From Gammaproteobacteria bacterium (GTDB taxonomy: Bacteria > Pseudomonadota > Gammaproteobacteria > Steroidobacterales > Rariloculaceae), in contig JAURFX010000003.1 in assembly GCA_030834065.1 (NCBI GenBank), positions 1 to 41,433 on the forward strand: a stretch of 41,433 bases of DNA. The letters are read 5' to 3'. This document shows positions 17,667-24,878 of the stretch, in pieces (positions within the stretch are counted from its first letter, which is position 1; each line of letters opens with the position of its first letter). The notes under the pieces were generated by a model. It was not told the DNA's origin and made no database searches. It saw nothing but the letters and a program-made list of their open reading frames with translations. Both the position numbers and the translations under genes were made by a program.

Positions 17667-18733
17667 GCCAGAGAAATACCTTTAGACTGGAAATTACTTT
17701 TGTAGTTCTTCTGGTGCTTACTTTTGGTCAAGTAATTTGGTGGATTTATGACCAGATACAGTACACAGAGAACATCAATAGTAGCTTACTAAGACAATAC
17801 GAAATTGAAGCAGAACTTCTTGAGAGTCAAAATTCCTCGGACCCTTTAAATATTCGAGACTTCCCTTACCTAACCGAGATCAACGGTGAGATTATGATTA
17901 GTGCAGATGCGCTCGCTAATATCGAGGCCGAGAGAAGCTCAAGAATAAACCGTTATTTTTGGGAAGGAAGTTTCTTTATTGTGGTTATATCGCTATGTAT
18001 TTTAATCATATTCAAAACCATCAGTAAGGATCGAGCTTTGAATCGAAGGCAGCAAAACTTTATTGCCTCTATAAGTCATGAATTAAAAACCCCACTCACC
18101 AGTATGCGTCTTGCCGCCGAGACGATTGGAATAAATAATCAGGATGAGAGATCAATCAGAATGGTAAATCGTATCCTCTCCGAGGGTGATAGATTACTTC
18201 ATTTGATCGAGAATCTACTTGATGCTAATAAGCTTGATGAAAAGAAATTCCAAGTTCAAGTCTCTCAATTTGCTATAAATGGCCTTATTGAAAAAGTTTT
18301 AAATGGTCTTTTTCTTAGAGCTGAAGAATGTGGAATTGAAATTCAAACAATGATTAATACTGATAAGACAATTAATAATGATCCTTTAATTGTGTCCATT
18401 ATCTTGAGAAATATTATTGAAAATGCTGTAAAAGCCTGCGAACAGAGCAATCAAAAGCTTATCAGAGTAGTCGCAAATAGGACTGATGACGGAATTGCAG
18501 TAGAAGTGATAGATTCTGGTATTGGTATCCAAAAGGAAGAAAAAGAAAATATCTTTGATAAGTTTTACCGAGTGGGAGATGAAAAATTACGTACAACTTC
18601 AGGTAGCGGACTTGGTCTCTATATTTGCAGAAAATTAGCAAAACTAACAAATATCTCCATAGAAGTTAGTAGTGAGGGTATGAATCAAGGATCTACCTTT
18701 AAAGTTTCAATAAGGGATATTTCTAATGTCTAA
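17654..18733 (+). CDS. membrane sensor histidine kinase (HisKA), HemK(Leptospira HemKR)-like by position
   Basis: Two TM segments flank a short extracytoplasmic region; H-box SHELKTPL, N-box NIIENAVK, D.GIGI, IFDKFYR, GSGLGL. Confidence 0.92.
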   Translation: MYKLSQRNTFRLEITFVVLLVLTFGQVIWWIYDQIQYTENINSSLLRQYEIEAELLESQNSSDPLNIRDFPYLTEINGEIMISADALANIEAERSSRINRYFWEGSFFIVVISLCILIIFKTISKDRALNRRQQNFIASISHELKTPLTSMRLAAETIGINNQDERSIRMVNRILSEGDRLLHLIENLLDANKLDEKKFQVQVSQFAINGLIEKVLNGLFLRAEECGIEIQTMINTDKTINNDPLIVSIILRNIIENAVKACEQSNQKLIRVVANRTDDGIAVEVIDSGIGIQKEEKENIFDKFYRVGDEKLRTTSGSGLGLYICRKLAKLTNISIEVSSEGMNQGSTFKVSIRDISNV

Positions 18734-19439
18734 TATCTTGGTAGTAGATGATGAAAAGGTCTTGGGCGAAAGTATTAAAGATGCTTTAGCCTCAGAGGGA
18801 TATGAAGTCAAGATCGCATCGAATGGACAAATTGGTTTTGACTTGATCTCTTCTGAGCCTTTTGATCTCATCATATTAGATGTCATGATGCCAGAAATAA
18901 ATGGGATTGATCTTTGCAAGAAAGTCAGAGAAATAAATGTACTTACTCCAATTTTATTTTTGACGGTCAATAATGACCCTGAAGATAGAATATTGGGACT
19001 TGAAGCTGGGGGTGACGATTACCTTGGTAAGCCATTTCACTTAAAAGAATTATTACTTAGAACCAGAAAACTAATTCAAAGAACCCAGTGGTATGCTAGA
19101 ACCAACGATAGTTTTGCATTTGAAGACATTTATATTGATTTTTCAAGTTACCAAATTGAATCTTGGGATAAAAAAATATATAACCTGACCCAGAAGGAAG
19201 CCATGATCCTAAAACTTCTTATTGAAAATGAGGGGGCAACGGTATCTCGCGAAGATATCCTAGAGAAAATTTGGGGTTATGAATCTTATCCCTCTACTCG
19301 AACAATAGATAACTTTATCGTTCGCTTAAGAAAAAGAATCGAACGTAATCCAGAGCAACCTACTCATCTTCATACTATAAGAGGCGTTGGTTATAAATTT
19401 ACTAAAAATCCATTAGAGAATAATGATCCTGAACTATGA
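18726..19439 (+). CDS. OmpR/PhoB-family response regulator, HemR-like by position
   Basis: ILVVDDE, LDVMMPEING, GGDDYLGKPF, wHTH LTQKE...TRTIDNFIVRLRK.IE...TIRGVGY. Confidence 0.93.
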   Translation: MSNILVVDDEKVLGESIKDALASEGYEVKIASNGQIGFDLISSEPFDLIILDVMMPEINGIDLCKKVREINVLTPILFLTVNNDPEDRILGLEAGGDDYLGKPFHLKELLLRTRKLIQRTQWYARTNDSFAFEDIYIDFSSYQIESWDKKIYNLTQKEAMILKLLIENEGATVSREDILEKIWGYESYPSTRTIDNFIVRLRKRIERNPEQPTHLHTIRGVGYKFTKNPLENNDPEL

Positions 19440-20449
19440 ATAATAAAAGACTTTTAAATGCCCTTAACCTCAAAGAAAATGATCATAGACCTATTTGGAT
19501 TATGCGACAAGCGGGTAGATACCTACCTGAATACAGGAAGGTAAGGGAAAAGTATAGCTTTAGAGAGGTCTCAGAAACACCCGAACTTGCAGCAGAGGTT
19601 ACTCTTCAGCCACTCAAAAGATTTGAATTCGATGCCTCTATCATATTTGCAGATATCATTACTCCACTTAAGGCTATGAATATAAATTTTGATTTTAGTC
19701 CTGGCCCTATCATTGAAAATCCAATCAATAACCCAAGACAAATTGATGCCCTACCTGATAAATTTTATGAAGTTGCCCCAGAGGTGCAGGCATCTTTAAA
19801 ATTAGTTAAATCTGAATTAAAGTCCCACCAAACACTTATTGGTTTTGGTGGTGCACCCTGGACCTTAGCTGCCTACCTTATCCAAGGAAAAGGACAAAAA
19901 GACTTTCCCGCAATAAGGCGCTTTGCGTCTGAACACCCTGAGTCTCTTCAGAGCCTTTTAACTAAACTCAGCGATCTAAGTATCCAGTACTTTAAAGAAC
20001 AAATTGATTCTGGAGCAGAGGTTATTCAAATTTTTGACTCTTGGGCTGGTTTGCTTTCTATCAAGGATTGGCAAACATGGATACAACCCCATTTACTTCA
20101 TATTGTTAGCGCTCTTAAGGCATCTAATATCCCAGTAATTCTATTTCTACAAAATGCAAATCATTTGGTTGAGTATTACTGCGAACTTCCAATCAGTGGA
20201 ATCGGTGTCGATTGGAGAGTTGATTTATCAAAACTGCAATCAAAATTAAAAGATCATATAGCTGTTCAGGGCAACTTAGACCCAGCTATTCTGCTTGCAG
20301 GACCAGAAATTACAAAAAAGTATGCTATAAATTTACTTAACAGTATCGATCCTAAGGGGCATATCATGAATTTAGGTCATGGTATTTTACCTAACACTCC
20401 CATCGAGAGTGTTCATGCACTAATTGAAGTAATTAAAAATGAGAGATAA
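19436..20449 (+). CDS. hemE: uroporphyrinogen decarboxylase
   Basis: PIWIMRQAGRYLPEY, IIFADI, GFGGAPWTLA.Y, QIFDSW, VQGNLDP, NLGHGI.P. Confidence 0.97.
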   Translation: MNNKRLLNALNLKENDHRPIWIMRQAGRYLPEYRKVREKYSFREVSETPELAAEVTLQPLKRFEFDASIIFADIITPLKAMNINFDFSPGPIIENPINNPRQIDALPDKFYEVAPEVQASLKLVKSELKSHQTLIGFGGAPWTLAAYLIQGKGQKDFPAIRRFASEHPESLQSLLTKLSDLSIQYFKEQIDSGAEVIQIFDSWAGLLSIKDWQTWIQPHLLHIVSALKASNIPVILFLQNANHLVEYYCELPISGIGVDWRVDLSKLQSKLKDHIAVQGNLDPAILLAGPEITKKYAINLLNSIDPKGHIMNLGHGILPNTPIESVHALIEVIKNER

Positions 20450-20452
20450 GAC

Positions 20453-21166
20453 ATGAAAATTTCAGAAACTACAGGACAAGTTGATCTAAGTGAAAAAGGT
20501 CTCAATCAAGGCCAATTGATCTCTCTTGACCGAAGATTATTTATGAAATTTAATGCCTTCTCAGGGCGAATTGACGAAAAAGAAATTATTAAAAAATGTA
20601 GTGAAATTAATGGTGTTATTTATAGAGACATTAATGATCCAAATGGTATCGGTCTTCTTATTCTTAGCGAAGACCCTGCCGAATTTATCAAGATCAATCA
20701 AGAAGTCTTATCTTTGCCACCATTCTCTGATCTTCAGCATAAGCATGAATTTGATATGCTTGGTAGGACTTACTCGATTGGATATGAAAATGATCTCGAG
20801 GAAGTTCTTATAAATAAACCCAAAAATAAAATAAAGGATCCAAATTTTAAATGGTGTGTATGGTACCCACTAAGACGTGAAAAAAAGTTTTATGTACTTC
20901 CAGCTGACAAGCAAAAAAAGATCCTTGGTGAGCATGGCAATCTTGCTAAGCGCTATGGCTATGCTGGTCTTGCCGTGGATATCCGTCTAGCCTGTCATGG
21001 TCTTGATAAACAAGATAATGATTTTGTAATTGGGCTGCTTGGGCCTGATCTCCATCCCTTATCTGCAGTCGTTCAAGAGATGCGACAAACGGAGCAAACA
21101 GCTCACTACCTAGAAAGTTTAGGTCCCTTTTTTATTGGCTTAAAAATTTGGGAGAATATCTCATAA
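20453..21166 (+). CDS. chdC: chlorite dismutase-family protein, probable coproheme decarboxylase (ChdC/HemQ)
   Basis: WYPLRR (YPxxK/R catalytic-Tyr motif), ILGEHG proximal His, GLD..D.DFVI, VQEMR, GPFFIG. Located between hemE and the ferrochelatase. Confidence 0.75.
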   Translation: MKISETTGQVDLSEKGLNQGQLISLDRRLFMKFNAFSGRIDEKEIIKKCSEINGVIYRDINDPNGIGLLILSEDPAEFIKINQEVLSLPPFSDLQHKHEFDMLGRTYSIGYENDLEEVLINKPKNKIKDPNFKWCVWYPLRREKKFYVLPADKQKKILGEHGNLAKRYGYAGLAVDIRLACHGLDKQDNDFVIGLLGPDLHPLSAVVQEMRQTEQTAHYLESLGPFFIGLKIWENIS

Positions 21167-22200
21167 TGCATGAGTATGATTCTCTCTTGATTCTCTCTTT
21201 TGGTGGGCCCGAGGGTAAAGAAGATGTCTTGCCATTTCTAAGAAATGTACTTAAAGGTATTCCCGTCAAAGATGAAACCTATGAAGAAATTCAAGAGCGT
21301 TATGATCTATTTGATGGAGTATCACCTATCAATGCCAATACTAGGCTATTCATCGATACCTTATCAAAAGCCCTCAAATTAAAAAGAATCATGCTCCCCA
21401 TATACTGGGGTAATCGAAATTGGCATCCAATGCTCAGTGATACGATGCAAAAAATGAAAGAGGATGGAAGAAAAAAAACACTTGTATTTGTTACAAGTAT
21501 TTTTAGTTCTTATAGCGGATGCAGAAAATACCGCGAGGATCTCTATGAATCAAGCGCAACCATTGAGCATTCGATAGAGTTCGATAAAATCAGAAATGGG
21601 TATAATCATCCTGGCTTTATTAAGGGAATAGCAAGTTGCATTAATGAAACAATCAAAAATAACAATCTGAGCAAAGAAACCCAAGTATTTTTTACCGCAC
21701 ATAGTTTGCCAATCTCAATGGCAGAAAAAACAGAATACAAAAATCAACTCCTTGATAGCTGTCAATTGGTCGCAAATGAACTTGAGTTAAAAAATTGGAA
21801 GCTATGCTACCAGAGTAACAACGCATCTTATGGAAATAAATGGTTAGAGCCAACGATTGAAGATGAAATAGTAGCTATGGGCCAAGCACCTACAAAAGAT
21901 TGCATTGTAATGCCTATCGGATTTGTATGTGATCATATGGAAGTTGTACTTGATCTTGATATTGATGCAAAAAATATTGCTTTGCAGAATGATGTAAACC
22001 TTTACAGGGCGCCAACACTTGGTATTAACGAAAACTTTATTGATATGGTGGTAGATCTTATTGACGAAAGAATGCAAAAAAGAGAAGAAAAAAAGTTTCT
22101 AGGCGAAAGAGGCCCTAATCACAATCAATGTCCAATAAACTGCTGCCTCTCAGGTAGGCCAGGAAATCCAAAGCCTTCACTATGTGGTGAAGCTAGCTAA
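21166..22200 (+). CDS. hemH: ferrochelatase, actinobacterial-type (probable coproporphyrin ferrochelatase CpfC) with C-terminal Cys cluster
   Basis: YD.LL.LSFGGPEG..DV.PFL.NV, GVSPIN, PIYWGNRNWHP, SSYSGCR.YRED, FTAHSLP, YQS, WLEP, PIGFVCDHMEV..DLD, C-terminal CPINCC. TAATG overlap with the upstream stop; GGAG RBS. Confidence 0.93.
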   Translation: MHEYDSLLILSFGGPEGKEDVLPFLRNVLKGIPVKDETYEEIQERYDLFDGVSPINANTRLFIDTLSKALKLKRIMLPIYWGNRNWHPMLSDTMQKMKEDGRKKTLVFVTSIFSSYSGCRKYREDLYESSATIEHSIEFDKIRNGYNHPGFIKGIASCINETIKNNNLSKETQVFFTAHSLPISMAEKTEYKNQLLDSCQLVANELELKNWKLCYQSNNASYGNKWLEPTIEDEIVAMGQAPTKDCIVMPIGFVCDHMEVVLDLDIDAKNIALQNDVNLYRAPTLGINENFIDMVVDLIDERMQKREEKKFLGERGPNHNQCPINCCLSGRPGNPKPSLCGEAS

Positions 22201-22202
22201 AA

Positions 22203-23555
22203 ATGCCTGAAGTATTTGATGTGATTATCATTGGTGCAGGTTTAAGCGGTCTCACCACAACAAAATATCTAAAAGATGCAAATATAAGTACGTTAACACT
22301 TGAGGCATCTGATGTCCCAGGCGGTCGACTAAGATCTATTGAAAATAAAGATAATTCTTTTGAATTTGGAGGTACTTATATCGGACATCATTATCATCGC
22401 TTTCAAAATTTAGCCAAAGAACTCAATTTAACTACTATCGATGTCACTCCATTGATTAGCTTTTTTAAAAAACAAGATCTAGTCATAAATAAACAATTAA
22501 TTCATCAAGATGACTGGGAGAATCATAAGGAAAATACCTTGGATAAAGATCTAAAATCTATCTTGCCCTGGAATCTACATCGCATAATTTTAGAAAAATA
22601 TAACCCTTATAATTCACCTGAAGCATGTCTTACTGAAGGAACTAATGATCAATCGATGAGAGATTGGCTTCAAAGTCTAGGCTTTGATAGCCAACAAATA
22701 AAATATATTTATGGCATGAATTTAAGTTATGGGACTGATGCCGATTCAATTTCCTCGCTGCAATTAATGCATCGAGCGAGTTTTTCTAAAAGACAAAAAT
22801 CAGAGTCTAAAGTTATAGGTTTCACCTTGCTTGAAGGTATGAATGAGCTAGCCAATCGGTATATCAATCATTTTAATTTAAATATATTATTCAAAAATCG
22901 AGTCAATAAGATCGTTAAAGAAAAAGGTCTTTTTTCAGTATCCTGTGAAAATGGAAATGAGTTTAGTGCAGAAAGACTTGTCCTTACTTGTGCCCCATCT
23001 ACACTTAAAAATATAACATTTGATGATTATTCAAAAGAACAAAGGATTCAGTTTGCCTCAGAATTGCAATCCCAACCCATGTTCCAAATTCATTTTAAGC
23101 ATAAAAAGAATTTCTGGGAGCAAGACGGATTCTCTCCCGCTATATTCTCTAATGAATACCTTGGGATGTGCTATCCAGTTAGAAATAAAGTTGATCCCGA
23201 GGAGATCATTGGTTTTACTGCATGGGTTATGGGAAAAAAGGCATTAGATCTTATCAAGCTCTCTCAAAAAGATGCTTGCTCAGTTATCATAAATAATCTA
23301 CAGGAGATAAGACCAAGCATAAAAAATGCAATTGAATTAACTCATCTTAATGCCTGGTCCCATGAAAAAGATTTTTTAGGAGGGTGGACGTATTTCAAGC
23401 CAAACCAGTTCTTAATGTGGCATAAGCTTTTACAGTCAGAGAAAAGTAATATCTTCTTTTCAGGAGAGCATACTTCTATTAGCTCGAGGGGAATTGAGGG
23501 CGCTATTGAGTCTGGAGAGAAGACTGCTAGAGAACTTTTAAATTCTATTCATTAA
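22203..23555 (+). CDS. flavin monoamine oxidase family FAD-dependent oxidoreductase
   Basis: DVIIIGAGLSGL, LEA.D..GGR, EFGGTYI, IFFSGEHT...GIEGAIESG (MAO/LAAO-type C-terminus). Confidence 0.85.
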   Translation: MPEVFDVIIIGAGLSGLTTTKYLKDANISTLTLEASDVPGGRLRSIENKDNSFEFGGTYIGHHYHRFQNLAKELNLTTIDVTPLISFFKKQDLVINKQLIHQDDWENHKENTLDKDLKSILPWNLHRIILEKYNPYNSPEACLTEGTNDQSMRDWLQSLGFDSQQIKYIYGMNLSYGTDADSISSLQLMHRASFSKRQKSESKVIGFTLLEGMNELANRYINHFNLNILFKNRVNKIVKEKGLFSVSCENGNEFSAERLVLTCAPSTLKNITFDDYSKEQRIQFASELQSQPMFQIHFKHKKNFWEQDGFSPAIFSNEYLGMCYPVRNKVDPEEIIGFTAWVMGKKALDLIKLSQKDACSVIINNLQEIRPSIKNAIELTHLNAWSHEKDFLGGWTYFKPNQFLMWHKLLQSEKSNIFFSGEHTSISSRGIEGAIESGEKTARELLNSIH

Positions 23556-24537
23556 AAAGATATCTCTCCGGTATCGGAAGGTCTTTAATCATATTTAAAT
23601 ATTCGTCTCGATAGTCTAAATCGAATATTTTAGCAATTTCATCTTTTTTTAAGTGCGTAGATAATAAACTAATGAAATCTATAAGGTATGCTCTTGTAAT
23701 TATTGACTGAGGAACACCAATCCAGGTTGTGAGCTCTGGAAATAGTTTTCTAATATCTAACACATAAAGATCATTTAAATCATTTGGCTCTATAGCCATT
23801 GAGGCAACAATGCCAACGCCCATGCCCTTTCTAACATAAGTCTTTATTATGTCGGCATCTCTGGCAGTAAAGGCAATCCTTGGGGTTAATCCCTGGCTCT
23901 CAAAAGCTTGCAAAAAGGATGATTGTCCCTGAACGCTAAAAATATAAGTGACTAATGAATGCTTTGATAAAATTTCTAGGTTAATGTTTCTTTTGTCCTT
24001 AGCTAGGGGGTGGCTTTTGGGGACAATAGCTACTCGACTCCACCTATAGATAGGAATTTGAAGAAGTTCATTGTTAAATGCATTAAGTCCACTCGCAATA
24101 ACACAATTGACTCTTTTTTCTCTGACTAACTCATCAATTTGCTCAGAGGTTCCTTGGTGAAGCTCAAGATCAATCAATGGGAATTTATCTGAAAACTGTC
24201 TAATTATATCGGGAAGGACATATCTTGCCTGAGTGTGAGTTGTGCCAATTGATAAAACTCCCCTCTGTTCGCCTTTTGATTCCAAAGCAAAATTTTCAAT
24301 TTCATAAATATCATTTAAGACCCTCTTTGCTCGCTCGTATACTTCTTGTCCAGCATCAGTCAAGGAGGTCAAGCTTTTACCCTTTTTTAAAAATAACTTT
24401 ATCCCAAGTTCTGATTCTAAAAGTTTCAATTGCTTACTTATTCCTGGCTGACTCGTGAAGAGTAATTCTGAAGCTGCGGTTATATTTAGGCCACAGTCAA
24501 CCGTTTGAATAAAATATCGAAGTTGCTTTAACGTCAT
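23545..24537 (-). CDS. cysB: LysR-type regulator CysB/Cbl
   Basis: MTLKQLRY...LNITAASE.LFTSQPGISKQ..LLE.ELG, TTHTQARYVLP, LHQG, FTARDADIIKTYV..G.GVGI.ASMA. Confidence 0.92.
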   Translation of the reverse strand: MTLKQLRYFIQTVDCGLNITAASELLFTSQPGISKQLKLLESELGIKLFLKKGKSLTSLTDAGQEVYERAKRVLNDIYEIENFALESKGEQRGVLSIGTTHTQARYVLPDIIRQFSDKFPLIDLELHQGTSEQIDELVREKRVNCVIASGLNAFNNELLQIPIYRWSRVAIVPKSHPLAKDKRNINLEILSKHSLVTYIFSVQGQSSFLQAFESQGLTPRIAFTARDADIIKTYVRKGMGVGIVASMAIEPNDLNDLYVLDIRKLFPELTTWIGVPQSIITRAYLIDFISLLSTHLKKDEIAKIFDLDYRDEYLNMIKDLPIPERYLFNE

Positions 24538-24605
24538 ATAAATTTTTAATAACTAAATATTAGTAGGTCAAATTATATATAACTTTTTACTATAAAGGAA
24601 AAATA

Positions 24606-24697
24606 TGGCGGAGAGAGAGGGATTCGAACCCTCGAAGGACGTATATGCCCTTACTCCCTTAGCAGGGGAGCGCTTTCGACCACTCAGCCATCTCTCC
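24606..24697 (-). tRNA. tRNA-Ser (anticodon GCT)
   Basis: Reverse complement GGAGAGATGGCTGAGTGGTCGAAAGCG-CTCCC-CTGCTAA-GGGAG-long variable arm-GAGGGTTCGAATCCCTC-TCTCTCCGCCA; encoded CCA; classic position after csrA. Confidence 0.97.
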
Positions 24698-24721
24698 AAG
24701 TGGATTTAAGTGAAGATTATA

Positions 24722-24877
24722 CTATGACTTTTCTTCGGAACTGACTCTTAAAACTTCATAGGTTTTAGGAGCTTGGATGCCAATCTTAGCTTGCTTACCT
24801 TTAACAGAAATAATAACGACCTCTATATCTTTTCCAATTGTTATTTTTTCGCCTTGCTTTCTTGAAATAACAAGCAT
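24722..24877 (-). CDS. csrA: carbon storage regulator CsrA (short, 51 aa)
   Basis: Below the ORF-track cutoff. Translation MLVISRKQGEKITIGKDIEVVIISVKGKQAKIGIQAPKTYEVLRVSSEEKS; alaS-csrA-tRNA-Ser synteny. Confidence 0.92.
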   Translation of the reverse strand: MLVISRKQGEKITIGKDIEVVIISVKGKQAKIGIQAPKTYEVLRVSSEEKS

Positions 24878-24878
24878 T

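Noticed and set aside
20453-21166. Functional chlorite dismutase / perchlorate respiration
   Set aside because: There is no signal peptide and no pcr/clr genes. The gene sits inside a hem operon and the distal Arg position appears substituted.
23545-24537. Functional link between cysB and the AprA-like locus or the heme operon
   Set aside because: cysB is convergent to the hem operon and belongs to the core run. I could not support a CysB site at either locus, so adjacency alone is insufficient.
24538-24697. tRNA-Ser 3' end as an integration site for the left-hand accessory region
   Set aside because: I noticed no integrase and no duplicated tRNA 3' end in the window, and a core gene (cysB) directly follows the tRNA.
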